A stretch of DNA of 64,000 bases from an uncultured Eubacteriales bacterium (GTDB lineage Bacteria; Bacillota; Clostridia; Oscillospirales; CAG-272). The position numbers and the translations under genes are program-made. The notes under the pieces are model-generated. The model made no database searches. It had not been told where the DNA came from and saw nothing but the letters and a program-made list of their open reading frames with translations. Every line of letters starts with the position of its first letter. Position 1 is the first letter of the stretch. This document shows positions 26,822 to 36,285 of this stretch, in pieces. The stretch is taken from positions 732-64,731 of the forward strand of contig CAKRSS010000001.1 in the NCBI GenBank assembly GCA_934401725.1. The letters run 5' to 3'.

Positions 26822-27448
26822 TTACACGCCGAGCAGCAGCAATATCTGTCCTATCGGATAGAACCACCAGATGAGCCCGCGCAGCTTTTCCGACCTTATA
26901 TCGCACACTTTATCCATCACGATAAAGTAGTCCGAGGCGAGAAAGCTGAGCACGCCTACCGCCGAGACGATGGCCATCCCGCGCGCCGAGCAGGCGTACG
27001 AATAGACCGTCGCGCAGTTGCCTGTAATCACAAGGAGATAAATCATGCTCAAAAAGAACATGCTTTTTATCTCCACGTTGCGTGCGAGCACGATTATGAG
27101 CGTTGCCAAAATCATGACAACGTAGCATATGAACGCCGCCAGAACGCCGACGTTGAGGTAGGCGTAGCCCGCGTCATATATGCTGTAGCCAAAAGCGATT
27201 ATGTAGACTATGTGCGCTCCCGTGAACACCAGTGCACCGGGGATGAAGCCGCGGAAGGGCAGCGATTTTGTGATGGGCTTGAAGTCCATGAGTATGATGT
27301 CGCCGAGCGAGGAGAATATCATGGCGACCGCGGCGAGCAGACGCGGCAGGGAGGGCGAGTATATGGCCAGCGCGCAGGCGTAAATGCTCATGAGCGTCGT
27401 GAGCACCAGCCTGCCGGGCAGACCGAACCAACGAAAAAATCTGTTCAT
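26822..27448 (-). CDS. YhhN (lysoplasmalogenase) family membrane protein
   Basis: The product has about 7 TM segments, with FSSLGDIIL and FLASDYFIV motifs. Confidence 0.6.
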   Translation of the reverse strand: MNRFFRWFGLPGRLVLTTLMSIYACALAIYSPSLPRLLAAVAMIFSSLGDIILMDFKPITKSLPFRGFIPGALVFTGAHIVYIIAFGYSIYDAGYAYLNVGVLAAFICYVVMILATLIIVLARNVEIKSMFFLSMIYLLVITGNCATVYSYACSARGMAIVSAVGVLSFLASDYFIVMDKVCDIRSEKLRGLIWWFYPIGQILLLLGV

Positions 27449-27519
27449 AGTACGGGCCTTTCAAAAAGTTTGATTTGCGGGGTGATGTGGTTTGCGCTAT
27501 GGATTTTTGCGGGACGTTC

Positions 27520-29013
27520 TCAGTTCTGCGCCCAGCCGCGCGTGCGGTCGACGGCCTTGTGCCAGCCGGACATGCGCCGCAGGCGCTCGTCCTCAGCCAT
27601 GCCGGGCTCGAAGCGGCGCTCGACCTGCCACTGACGCGCAATCTCCTCCGTCGAGCCGAAGACGCCGACGGCAAGACCCGCGAGGTTGGCCGCGCCGAGC
27701 GCGGTCGTCTCAATGCAGGCGGGACGGATTATGGGCAGGCCGGACACGTCCGCCTGGAAGGAGAGCAGCAGATTGTTGGCGCAGGCGCCGCCGTCGACGC
27801 GCAGGGCGGTCAGGCTGACGCCGGCCTCGCGCTGCATGAGCTCTAGCACGTCGACGGTCTGGTAGGCCATCGACTCGAGCACCGCGCGCACGACGTGCGC
27901 GCGTCCCGTTGCGCGGGTGAGACCGAGCAGCGCGCCGCGGGCGTAGGGGTCCCAATAGGGTGCGCCGAGTCCGACAAAGGCGGGGACGAAGTAGACGCCC
28001 TCCGAGTCGGGGATGGACGCCGCAACGCGCTCGCTCTCGGCCGCACCGGCGATGAGTCCGAGTCCGTCGCGCAGCCACTGGACGGCCGCGCCGCATATGA
28101 AGACCGACCCCTCAAGCGCGTAGCAGGTTTTGCCGCCCATGCTCCAGGCGATGGAGGTCAGCAGACCGTTCTCGGAAAATACGGGCGTGTCGCCGGTGTT
28201 CATAAGCATGAAACCGCCGGTGCCGTATGTATTTTTGACCTCGCCGGGCTCGAAGCAGCACTGCCCGAACAGCGCGGCCTGCTGGTCGCCCGCGACGCCC
28301 GCAATGGCGACGCTGCCGCCGAGCAGCGTCGGGTCAGTATATCCGAAGAGGCCGGACGAGGGCAGCACCTGCGGCATGAGCGACTCCGGAATGCCGAAAA
28401 GCTCAAGAAGCTCGCTGTCCCACCGTCCCGCGCGTATGTTGAACAGCATCGTCCGCGACGCGTTGGACGGGTCGGTCGCGTGGACGCGGCCGCCGGTGAG
28501 GTTGTAGATGAGCCATGTGTCGACCGTTCCGAACATGAGCTCACCGCGCTCGGCGCGCTCGCGCGCGCCGGGGACGTTGTCCAGTATCCATTTTATTTTG
28601 GTGGCCGAGAAATATGAATCGATTATAAGCCCCGTCTTGCTACGGATTTTATTGGTCAGACCCGCGGCCTTGAGGCTGTCGCAGTAGTCGGCGGTGCGGC
28701 GGCACTGCCAGACGATGGCGTTGTAGACCGGCTCGCCCGTGGTGCGGTTCCAGATCATGGTCGTCTCGCGCTGATTTGTGATGCCGATGGCGGCGATGTC
28801 AGCAGCGGCGAGCCCCGCGCGCGCGACGGCCTCGCGCATGACGGAAAGCTGCGAGTCCCATATCTCACGGGGATTGTGCTCGACCCAGCCGGGGGCGGGG
28901 AAGTAGTTCGGAAATTCGCGCTGCGATACGGCGACTATTTGCTCGCGGTCGTTGAAAATAATGCACCGCGAGCTTGTTGTGCCCTGATCGAGGGCCATTA
29001 AATATTTTGACAT
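27520..29013 (-). CDS. glpK: glycerol kinase
   Basis: Translation reads [20 protein letters not shown]...GWVEHNP...[10 protein letters not shown]. Confidence 0.95.
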   Translation of the reverse strand: MSKYLMALDQGTTSSRCIIFNDREQIVAVSQREFPNYFPAPGWVEHNPREIWDSQLSVMREAVARAGLAAADIAAIGITNQRETTMIWNRTTGEPVYNAIVWQCRRTADYCDSLKAAGLTNKIRSKTGLIIDSYFSATKIKWILDNVPGARERAERGELMFGTVDTWLIYNLTGGRVHATDPSNASRTMLFNIRAGRWDSELLELFGIPESLMPQVLPSSGLFGYTDPTLLGGSVAIAGVAGDQQAALFGQCCFEPGEVKNTYGTGGFMLMNTGDTPVFSENGLLTSIAWSMGGKTCYALEGSVFICGAAVQWLRDGLGLIAGAAESERVAASIPDSEGVYFVPAFVGLGAPYWDPYARGALLGLTRATGRAHVVRAVLESMAYQTVDVLELMQREAGVSLTALRVDGGACANNLLLSFQADVSGLPIIRPACIETTALGAANLAGLAVGVFGSTEEIARQWQVERRFEPGMAEDERLRRMSGWHKAVDRTRGWAQN

Positions 29014-29100
29014 ACTGTGCCTCTTGAGGGGATATATTTTTGCTGCCGCGGAGCCGGGGGTAAATGCGTGCAGCTGTCAGACGGCAGGCCTTACATGTGT

Positions 29101-29129
29101 ATTATAACACATCTTTGCCATTTGAGCAA
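29101..29129 (-). promoter_or_regulatory. candidate glpK promoter TTGCTC-17-(TGt)TATAAT
   Basis: This is a reverse-strand reading with an extended -10. It overlaps the last codons of the upstream hypothetical ORF. Confidence 0.5.
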
Positions 29130-29593
29130 TAGCATTTTAGTATGTTTTTTATCAAAATTTCCAGTGACATTACAAACCCGGACGTTATCCGGCGCGGGAG
29201 CGCCGCGGCGGACCCGGCCATTTCGCTGACCTCCCTCATGTGCGCAGGGAGGATGCTGTCGTAAAAGCTGTCGGCAAGCGTGAGGACGGCGCGACAGGTC
29301 TCGCAGAGGTGGTCGAGCGACGGAATTTCGGGCGAGGTCGGCGGAAGTGAGGCACGCTTTCCGACGATGTCGTCGCAGACGGCGGTGAGCCCGGCCGACG
29401 CGCGCGGATGGGTGGCCTCGTAAAGCCGCACAAGGTAGCGCTGCCGCTCGAGCGGACGCTCCTCAGCGCGGAGCGAGCCCTCGCTGTCGGCGAGTCGGCG
29501 GGTGAGGGCGAGGACGTCCTCAAGCTCCTCGCGCAGCCGCCGTACGGCCTCGGACGCGCGGCGGAGAAGGGGACTTTCCATGTGGTTGTTCAT
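29102..29593 (-). CDS. hypothetical protein (helical, no recognisable motif)
   Basis: The ATG at 29593 follows an AGGAGA RBS. Third codon positions are G/C-rich like the neighbouring genes, except for the AT-rich 3' end. Confidence 0.45.
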   Translation of the reverse strand: MNNHMESPLLRRASEAVRRLREELEDVLALTRRLADSEGSLRAEERPLERQRYLVRLYEATHPRASAGLTAVCDDIVGKRASLPPTSPEIPSLDHLCETCRAVLTLADSFYDSILPAHMREVSEMAGSAAALPRRITSGFVMSLEILIKNILKCYCSNGKDVL

Positions 29594-29649
29594 AGAGCTC
29601 TCCTGTTGACGACTCAAAAAGGCAGCCCGGAAGCTGCCTTTTTGTTGCG

Positions 29650-29889
29650 TCATTTTATTTCGACGTTAACTCTTTTGCCGCAGGTGTTGCCGGCGGCCTT
29701 CATGACGGTGCGGATAGCCTTGGCAATCTTGCCGTGGCGGCCGATAACCATGCCCATGTCGTCAGCGGCTACGCTGAGGGTGAGGTCGACGGTATTCTCG
29801 TCCGGGTCGTCCTGAAGAACTGTGACCTCGTCAGGATTATCGACGATAGCCCTGGCAATGTCATACAAGGTCTGCTTGAGATCCAGCAT
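29650..29889 (-). CDS. KH-domain RNA-binding protein (YlqC/UPF0109)
   Basis: Translation shows VIGRHGKIAKAIRTVMKA. It occupies the position after rpsP, as in Firmicutes. Confidence 0.85.
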   Translation of the reverse strand: MLDLKQTLYDIARAIVDNPDEVTVLQDDPDENTVDLTLSVAADDMGMVIGRHGKIAKAIRTVMKAAGNTCGKRVNVEIK

Positions 29890-29909
29890 CTGAAACCTCC
29901 CCATCAGGG

Positions 29910-30155
29910 TCAGTCAATAATGCCTGACTTCTTGAGCAGAGAACGAACGGTCTCGGTGGGCTGTGCGCCGTTACCCAGCCACTTCTTGGCCTTCTCAGCG
30001 TCGATCTTGACCTCTGCGGGCTCGGTCATGGGGTTGTAGGTGCCGATCTCCTCGATGAATCTGCCGTTACGGGGAGAACGCTCGTCTGCGATAATGACGC
30101 GGTAGAAGGGGTTCTTCTTTGCGCCGATTCTTCTGAGCCTGATTTTGACTGCCAT
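29910..30155 (-). CDS. rpsP: 30S ribosomal protein S16
   Basis: Translation reads [42 protein letters not shown]. Confidence 0.95.
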   Translation of the reverse strand: MAVKIRLRRIGAKKNPFYRVIIADERSPRNGRFIEEIGTYNPMTEPAEVKIDAEKAKKWLGNGAQPTETVRSLLKKSGIID

Positions 30156-30210
30156 TTTGATTTTCCTCCGAAAATGTTGTATATATTTTATTTATAAAAA
30201 TCCGCAATTA

Positions 30211-31545
30211 TCAGAACGGAATTTTCATCTTGCCTTTGCCGAATTTGCCTATTTTGCCGCCTGCAAACTGCTTCATCAGCTTCTTGATCTGGTCGAACTG
30301 CTTGAGCAGCTTGTTCACTTCCTCAACCGACGTTCCGCTGCCTGCAGCGATACGCTTTTTGCGCGAGCCGCCGATTATCTCGGGGCGCATACGCTCCTCG
30401 GGCGTCATGGAACGGATGATTGCTTCCTGATGCGCCATGGCCTTCTCGTCAATCTTGGCGTCCTTGAGCGCGCCGGGCTTTACGCCGGGCATCATCCCTG
30501 CCAGCTGCTCGAGACTGCCCATATTTTTGAGCTGTGCGAACTGGTCGAGGTAGTCGTCAAGCGTGAAGGTCTGCTGACGTATCTTCTGCTCGAGCTCGGC
30601 CGCCTTTTTCTCGTCGTATGCCGACTCGGCCTTCTCGATAAGCGACAGCACGTCGCCCATGCCGAGAATCCGTGAGGCCATACGGTCGGGGTAGAAGGGC
30701 TCGATGGCGTCCAGCTTTTCGCCGGTACCTATGAACTTTATCGGCTTGCCCGTGACGTAGCGGACGGAAAGTGCCGCGCCGCCGCGCGTGTCGCCGTCGA
30801 GCTTGGTGAGTATAACGCCGGTGATGTCGAGCTGCTCGTTGAAGGTTTCCGCAACGTTGACAGCGTCCTGACCTGTCATTGCGTCGACGGTCAGAAGAAT
30901 TTCGGTCGGATTTGTTTTTTCTTTTATGCTGCGAAGCTCCGCCATCAGCTCCTCGTCGATGTGCAGTCGGCCTGCCGTGTCGATGAAGACCATGTCGTAG
31001 CCCTTTTGCCTGGCGTATTCGACGCCCTCCGTCGCGATTTTGACGGGGGAGACCTTGTCGCCGAGCGTAAAGACGGGAATGTCCAGCTTTTCGCCGACAA
31101 TCTCGAGCTGCTTTATAGCCGCGGGACGGTAAATGTCGCAGGCGACTAGCAGCGGACGCTTGCCCTGCTTTTTGTACATGCCTGCGAGCTTGCCCGCGTG
31201 CGTGGTTTTACCCGCGCCCTGAAGACCCACCATCATGACGACTGTGGGCGGCATTGGGGCGATGGTCAGCTTGCTCTGGGTTTTACCCATGATGTTTGTC
31301 AGCTCTTCGTTGACTATCTTGACCACCTGCTGACCCGGCAGCAGAGATTCAAGTACCTCGGCGCCGACCGCGCGCTCCGAGACGGTCTTGACAAACTCAC
31401 GAACCACCTTGAAGTTTACGTCTGCCTCCAGCAGTGCCAGCTTTATCTCACGCATCCCGGCCTTGATGTCGGCTTCGGTCAGCTTTCCCTTGCTACGGAA
31501 TTTTTTGAAGGCAGCATTCAGCTTATCGCCTAAACTTTCGAACAT
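30211..31545 (-). CDS. ffh: signal recognition particle protein Ffh
   Basis: Translation shows MFESLGDKL...GLQGAGKTT...DTAGRL...TKLDGDTRGGAALS. The M-domain is Met-rich. Confidence 0.97.
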   Translation of the reverse strand: MFESLGDKLNAAFKKFRSKGKLTEADIKAGMREIKLALLEADVNFKVVREFVKTVSERAVGAEVLESLLPGQQVVKIVNEELTNIMGKTQSKLTIAPMPPTVVMMVGLQGAGKTTHAGKLAGMYKKQGKRPLLVACDIYRPAAIKQLEIVGEKLDIPVFTLGDKVSPVKIATEGVEYARQKGYDMVFIDTAGRLHIDEELMAELRSIKEKTNPTEILLTVDAMTGQDAVNVAETFNEQLDITGVILTKLDGDTRGGAALSVRYVTGKPIKFIGTGEKLDAIEPFYPDRMASRILGMGDVLSLIEKAESAYDEKKAAELEQKIRQQTFTLDDYLDQFAQLKNMGSLEQLAGMMPGVKPGALKDAKIDEKAMAHQEAIIRSMTPEERMRPEIIGGSRKKRIAAGSGTSVEEVNKLLKQFDQIKKLMKQFAGGKIGKFGKGKMKIPF

Positions 31546-31560
31546 TGTGTGCCTCCTCTG

Positions 31561-31890
31561 CTAAACTATTGCCGCAAGATGCTCCAGTTCCTTCCGCAGC
31601 TCCTCAGGGAGCTCAAGCGGAGACGCCAGCGAGCCTATACGGTCGACCGAGTCGCGCACCTCGCCGAAGCGGCGGGCAAGCCCCAGCTTCTCCTCATAGA
31701 AGAGCAGCTCCGACTCAGCCTTTTTGATAATGTCCCTGACGCCCTGACGCGAGATGCCTATAATGTCGGAAATCTCCGACAGCGACAGATCCTCATTATA
31801 GTACATGCCGAGGACACCGCGCTTGCGTTCACTCAGAATCTCGCCGTAGAAATCAAGGAGATAGCCTATGCTCATGTTCTTCTCAAACAT
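31561..31890 (-). CDS. ylxM: YlxM/UPF0122 putative DNA-binding protein
   Basis: Translation reads MFEKNMSIGYLLDFYGEILSERKRGVLGMYYNEDLSLSEISDIIGISRQGVRD. It lies upstream of ffh. Confidence 0.85.
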   Translation of the reverse strand: MFEKNMSIGYLLDFYGEILSERKRGVLGMYYNEDLSLSEISDIIGISRQGVRDIIKKAESELLFYEEKLGLARRFGEVRDSVDRIGSLASPLELPEELRKELEHLAAIV

Positions 31891-31903
31891 ATCCGCGTCC
31901 CAT

Positions 31904-31937
31904 AAAAAAACTGTGTAAAGCAAATTGCTTTACACAG
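31904..31937 (-). terminator. Rho-independent terminator after the CNNM/CorC-type gene
   Basis: The perfect 12-bp stem CTGTGTAAAGCA/TGCTTTACACAG (31911-31937) is followed on the - strand by T7. Confidence 0.65.
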
Positions 31938-31964
31938 TATAACACACATGCATGTGTTTGTCAA
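31936..31964 (-). promoter_or_regulatory. candidate ylxM-ffh promoter TTGACA-17-TATACT
   Basis: This is a reverse-strand reading. The -10 at 31936-31941 abuts the terminator stem. Confidence 0.5.
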
Positions 31965-31972
31965 GAGTTTTT

Positions 31973-33262
31973 TTAAATTTCTTCGCTGTCCTCGACGGGG
32001 TTGACCAGCACCGTCAGCTTGGTGACGCGCATGTCGTCCATCTCGGACACCACGACGAACAGGTTCTCGTATGTGAACGTGTCCCCGACGTGAGGGTCAG
32101 CGTTGAGCATTTCGACCGCCCAGCCTCCGACTGTGGAGTATTCGCACTCGATGTCCTTGCGGTGGAACTCGATCTCGGAGAAGAAATCGTCGATGTTCAT
32201 GTCGCCGTTGACCTCGTAGGTGTTGTCGCCGGTCTTGGTTATCATGTTGACTATGACGTCGCTCTCGTCCCAGATGTCGCCGACCAGCTCCTCGAGAATG
32301 TCCTCCATTGTGACGATACCGAGCGTGCCGCCGAACTCGTCGATGACTACGGCGATGTGCGTCTTTTTCTCACGCAGGACGCCCATAGCGGCAGGCAGGC
32401 GCATGGTTTTGTGGATGAAGCAGGCGGGGATAAGCAGGTCGCGCAGCGGCTTTTTGTCCTCGTCGACGGCGTTCTTGTAGTAGTGGTTGAGGTAGAGAAT
32501 GCCGATTATGTTGTCGATGGAGTCCTCGTAGACGGGAATACGCGAGAAATGCGAATCCTCGATTATGGCGGCGATGTCCTCGTCGGTGTCGTCGATGTCG
32601 ATGGAAACCATGTCGATACGGGGAGTCATTATCTCCTCGACGGTGGTGTCGTGGAACTCAAGCGTGGACTGAAGCAGCTCGCTCTTGTCCTCGTCGATGA
32701 CGCCTTCCTCCTCGACTGTCTCGATGATGGAGGAAAGATCCTCCTCGGTGACGGTCGGCTCGTCGTCGGACTTGTCCTTGCCCCAGATTTTGCGAAGCAG
32801 GTTGACAATCAGCATGACGATGAATACGACGGGGTAGAGAATGAAGGTCAGTATTCTGACAGGGTAGGCGACCCAGCGGACCACGCGGTCGGCGTGCTGC
32901 TTTGCGAGTATCTTGGGGACGATCTCACCGAAGATGAGGATTATCGTCGTCATGATGACGGTTGCGATAGCAGAGGCCACCGAGTTTGCGCTCTCGCCGA
33001 CGCCCAGCGCGGTGAGAAGCTGGATGATGATTATCGTCGTGACGGACGACGCCGCGATGTTGGCGAGGTTGTTGCCGATAAGTATGGCGGACAGCGCTGT
33101 TGTGAAGTTTTCGCTTATTTTGTAAGCCATAGCGGCGGTTTTACTGCCGCCCTCTGCGCTCTTTTTGAGACGCATTTTGTTCGAGGCGTTGAAGGAAATC
33201 TCCGAGCCCGAGAAAAATGCGGACAGAATGAGCATCAGAATTATTATCAGATACGGCCACAT
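31973..33262 (-). CDS. CNNM/CorC-HlyC family transporter (DUF21-CBS-CorC)
   Basis: Translation shows an N-terminal LSAFFSGSEISF (DUF21), a CBS pair and a C-terminal CorC_HlyC-like region. Confidence 0.8.
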   Translation of the reverse strand: MWPYLIIILMLILSAFFSGSEISFNASNKMRLKKSAEGGSKTAAMAYKISENFTTALSAILIGNNLANIAASSVTTIIIIQLLTALGVGESANSVASAIATVIMTTIILIFGEIVPKILAKQHADRVVRWVAYPVRILTFILYPVVFIVMLIVNLLRKIWGKDKSDDEPTVTEEDLSSIIETVEEEGVIDEDKSELLQSTLEFHDTTVEEIMTPRIDMVSIDIDDTDEDIAAIIEDSHFSRIPVYEDSIDNIIGILYLNHYYKNAVDEDKKPLRDLLIPACFIHKTMRLPAAMGVLREKKTHIAVVIDEFGGTLGIVTMEDILEELVGDIWDESDVIVNMITKTGDNTYEVNGDMNIDDFFSEIEFHRKDIECEYSTVGGWAVEMLNADPHVGDTFTYENLFVVVSEMDDMRVTKLTVLVNPVEDSEEI

Positions 33263-33263
33263 A

Positions 33264-34577
33264 TCACTTTACCTCCTTCTCCGGCGCGTTGCCGGGCTGA
33301 GGCACGGTGTGGCACACCGAATCGGTATCAAGTTTGATTATCACGTTGTCTATCTTGCCATCCTCAACGTCCTCCACCGTGACCTCAAGATTCTGGTAGC
33401 GGAAGGAGTCCTCTTCCTCGGGAAAGTGCCCGAGTGTGTTGATGACCCAGGATATGACGGGCATCTCGGCAAGCGTTTTGTCGGAGCAGGTGAGTCCCAT
33501 GCGGGAGAACACGTCGCCGACAAGCAGGTGAGTGTTGACAGTAAAGCGGTTTCCGCCCATCTTGACGAAGTCGTTGTCGACGACGTCGTCCTCATCCCAG
33601 ATTTCGCCGACAAGCTCCTCGAGGAAGTCCTCAATGGTCACGATACCGACCGTGTGATCGGCCTCGTCGGTGACGACCGCAAGATATATCTTCTTCTGGC
33701 GCATGACCGAGAGAAGGTCGTCTATCTTGGCGTTGTCGCGGACGAAGAAGGTCTCGGTCAGCATGGAGCGCAGGTTCACATTGTGATCCTTGAGGTATTC
33801 CTTAAGGAAGCTGCGGATCTGGAGCACGCCGATTATCTCGTCCGGGTTGCCGTCGTAAACGGGAAGGCGGGAATGGTTGTAGTTCTGAATTTCTTTGACG
33901 ATTTCATCATTTGACATACTGATGTCAACGGCGCAGATGTCGCTGCGAACCGTCATTACATCGGCGGCGGTGGTGCCGGAGAAGTCAAGCGCGCTCTTGA
34001 ACAGGTCGCTCTGCTCCTCGTCCATGACGCCCTCCTCCTCGATGGTGTCAATGATGTCGTACAGCTCCTCCTCTGTGATGGAGGGAGCCTTTTCGGTCTT
34101 GAACAGCTTGGAGACCGAGTTGCTTATCAGAGAGAAGAATGCCACAAGCGGTGTCGATATCTTCATGAGGACACGCAGCGAGCTTGCGCAGGCCATGGAC
34201 ATTGTGTCGCTGCGGTCGTTTGCAAACGCCTTGGGAATCATCTCACTGAAGAGGAAGACTATCATTGTGGTTATCACAGTGCACAGGATGGAGACCTTTG
34301 AGTCGTTGATATTCCAGATTCCGGCGACGAACGCCGTTGCAACGGACGCTGCCGCGATGTGCGTGATGTTGTTTCCGATAAGCAGTGTGGTGATGGCCCG
34401 CTCGAAGTTATGGTCTATGTAGAGAGCTTTTTTTGCTTTTACGTCGCCGTCCTCTGCGCGGGTCTTGAGTCTGATCTTGTTGAGCGCGGAGTAGGAGCTT
34501 TCGCACCCTGCAAAATACGCGCCGAAGACCACCATGAGAATAAAAACGGTTAATTGTAACCAACTACCGTCGTCCAT
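33264..34577 (-). CDS. CNNM/CorC-HlyC family transporter (paralog)
   Basis: It has the same architecture (FGAYFAGCESSYSAL...). The ATG at 34577 follows AAAGGAG. The track start at 34646 lies upstream of the promoter. Confidence 0.8.
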   Translation of the reverse strand: MDDGSWLQLTVFILMVVFGAYFAGCESSYSALNKIRLKTRAEDGDVKAKKALYIDHNFERAITTLLIGNNITHIAAASVATAFVAGIWNINDSKVSILCTVITTMIVFLFSEMIPKAFANDRSDTMSMACASSLRVLMKISTPLVAFFSLISNSVSKLFKTEKAPSITEEELYDIIDTIEEEGVMDEEQSDLFKSALDFSGTTAADVMTVRSDICAVDISMSNDEIVKEIQNYNHSRLPVYDGNPDEIIGVLQIRSFLKEYLKDHNVNLRSMLTETFFVRDNAKIDDLLSVMRQKKIYLAVVTDEADHTVGIVTIEDFLEELVGEIWDEDDVVDNDFVKMGGNRFTVNTHLLVGDVFSRMGLTCSDKTLAEMPVISWVINTLGHFPEEEDSFRYQNLEVTVEDVEDGKIDNVIIKLDTDSVCHTVPQPGNAPEKEVK

Positions 34578-34617
34578 TAAACGGATCAGCTCCTTTTCGA
34601 AATGTATTGATTTTATT

Positions 34618-34646
34618 ATTATATACGATAGTAGCAAATTTGTCAA
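34618..34646 (-). promoter_or_regulatory. perfect-consensus promoter TTGACA-17-TATAAT for the CNNM pair
   Basis: This is a reverse-strand reading, with the -10 at 34618-34623 and the -35 at 34641-34646. Confidence 0.55.
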
Positions 34647-34695
34647 TAGTCACGGACAATGTTTTTATTCAACCTGACTATTTGCCGCAATCCGA

Positions 34696-34724
34696 TTGAC
34701 TTAACGCATAAAACGTGATATAAT
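34696..34724 (+). promoter_or_regulatory. promoter TTGACT-17-TATAAT upstream of ruvC
   Basis: The hexamers are at 34696-34701 and 34719-34724. The -10 ends 4 nt before the ATG at 34729. Confidence 0.55.
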
Positions 34725-34755
34725 TAGTATGGATAAAAATTGGCAGAGGTGCGCT

Positions 34756-35259
34756 TTGATAATACTTGGAGTTGACCCCGGACTGGCGATCGTCGGCTGG
34801 GGCGTCATAGAATACAGCAATAATCGTTTCAGAACAATAGATTACGGCTCAGTCCAGACCCCTGCGGGTATGCCGACAGAGCGGCGGCTTGTCGAGATAC
34901 ACCGCGGTATGCGTGAGCTCATAGTTCGCTACAAGCCGGAATGTATGGCTGTCGAGGAACTGTTCTTCAATACAAATATCACCACCGGCATATGCGTCAG
35001 TCAGGCGCGCGGCGTCATTCTCCTGAGCGCAGCCGAGGTCGGGGTGGAGATAGCCGAGTACACGCCGCTTCAGGTCAAGCAGGCTGTGGTCGGGTACGGC
35101 CGGGCGGAAAAGCACCAGGTCATCACCATGGTGACTCGCTTGCTCGGGCTGCGCGAGCCGCCGAAGCCAGACGACACGGCAGACGCGCTCGCCATCGCGA
35201 TATGCCACGCCCACTGCGGCGGCTCGAGCATAGCGCAGTACTACAACAAATCACTCTGA
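34756..35259 (+). CDS. ruvC: crossover junction endodeoxyribonuclease RuvC
   Basis: Translation reads (L)IILGVDPGLAIVGWGVIEY...AVEELFF...DDTADALAIAICHA. A TTG at 34756 lies 7 nt after AGAGG. The ATG at 34729 is too close to the promoter unless the mRNA is leaderless. Confidence 0.85.
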   Translation: MIILGVDPGLAIVGWGVIEYSNNRFRTIDYGSVQTPAGMPTERRLVEIHRGMRELIVRYKPECMAVEELFFNTNITTGICVSQARGVILLSAAEVGVEIAEYTPLQVKQAVVGYGRAEKHQVITMVTRLLGLREPPKPDDTADALAIAICHAHCGGSSIAQYYNKSL

Positions 35260-35276
35260 ACGGAAGGTCTTTTAGC

Positions 35277-36137
35277 ATGTGGATAGCAGATAAATGGAAG
35301 GATTACGAGCTGACCGACGCATCTGAGGGCGAGCGGCTCGAGAGATGGGGGAGGTACGTTTTGATACGTCCCGACCCGCAGATAATATGGATAAACGACC
35401 GCAAGGGCTCCGAATGGGGGCACGCCGACGGAGTCTATCGCCGCTCGTCTGGCGGTGGCGGCGCGTGGGTCAGGAACCGCCTGCCCGAGGAGTGGAAGGT
35501 CGGATATGGCAGCCTTACGTTTTTGCTCAAGCCCATGGGCTTCAAGCACACGGGGCTTTTTCCCGAGCAGGCCGTCAACTGGGACTGGTTCTCGGAGCTG
35601 ATAAGAAACGCCGGGCGGCCGATAAAGCTGCTCAACCTGTTCGCCTACACCGGTGGCGCGACCGTCGCGGCGGCAGCTGCCGGGGCGTCCGTTTGCCACG
35701 TTGACGCGGCCAAGGGAATGGTGGCGCAGGCCAGGCAGAACGCCGCGCTGAGCGGCCTCGCCGACGCGCCGATACGCTATATCGTCGACGACTGCGTCAA
35801 GTTCACCGAGCGTGAGATACGCCGCGGCAACAAATACGACGCTGTCATAATGGATCCGCCGTCCTACGGCCGGGGGCCGTCTGGCGAGGTGTGGAAGATA
35901 GAGGACAATATCGACCGCCTCGTCTCGCTGTGCGCCCAGGTGCTGAGCGAGAGGCCGCTGTTTTTCCTGATAAACAGCTACACGACCGGTCTCTCGCCGC
36001 TGACCATGAAGTATATACTGGATATGCGCATAACGTCGCGCTACGGCGGCGACAGCCGCGCCGAGGAGCTGGCGCTTCCCGTGCGCGCAACAGGCGGGGC
36101 GCTGCCCTGCGGTGCGTCGGCACGCTGGCAGGCGTGA
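35277..36137 (+). CDS. class I SAM-dependent methyltransferase (RlmI/YwbD-like)
   Basis: Translation shows LNLFAYTGGATVAAAAAGA...HVDAAK...VIMDPPSYGRG. The ATG at 35277 reads MWIADKW. The track ORF start at 34941 overlaps ruvC in another frame. Confidence 0.65.
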   Translation: MWIADKWKDYELTDASEGERLERWGRYVLIRPDPQIIWINDRKGSEWGHADGVYRRSSGGGGAWVRNRLPEEWKVGYGSLTFLLKPMGFKHTGLFPEQAVNWDWFSELIRNAGRPIKLLNLFAYTGGATVAAAAAGASVCHVDAAKGMVAQARQNAALSGLADAPIRYIVDDCVKFTEREIRRGNKYDAVIMDPPSYGRGPSGEVWKIEDNIDRLVSLCAQVLSERPLFFLINSYTTGLSPLTMKYILDMRITSRYGGDSRAEELALPVRATGGALPCGASARWQA

Positions 36138-36285
36138 GCGAGCCAAAGTTCCGGCAGGCGTTAGTGTGTCAAAGCCCCGGCTGGCGTGAGCGAGTCGGTG
36201 CTGCCCGGTGGAGTCGTTTTCCGCGTTGCGGAAGCGCCGACGCCGCTGTGCGCGGAACCACAATATTGATTAAGGAAACCATCAG

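Noticed and set aside
34578-34617. Mg2+ (M-box) or other riboswitch ahead of the CNNM/CorC-type genes.
   Set aside because: The predicted 5' UTR is only ~35 nt, which is too short for any known riboswitch aptamer.
34941-35276. 112-codon N-terminal extension of the methyltransferase ORF.
   Set aside because: It overlaps ruvC in another frame and is Arg/Gly/His-rich. The ATG at 35277 (MWIADKW) starts the conserved domain 18 nt after the ruvC stop.
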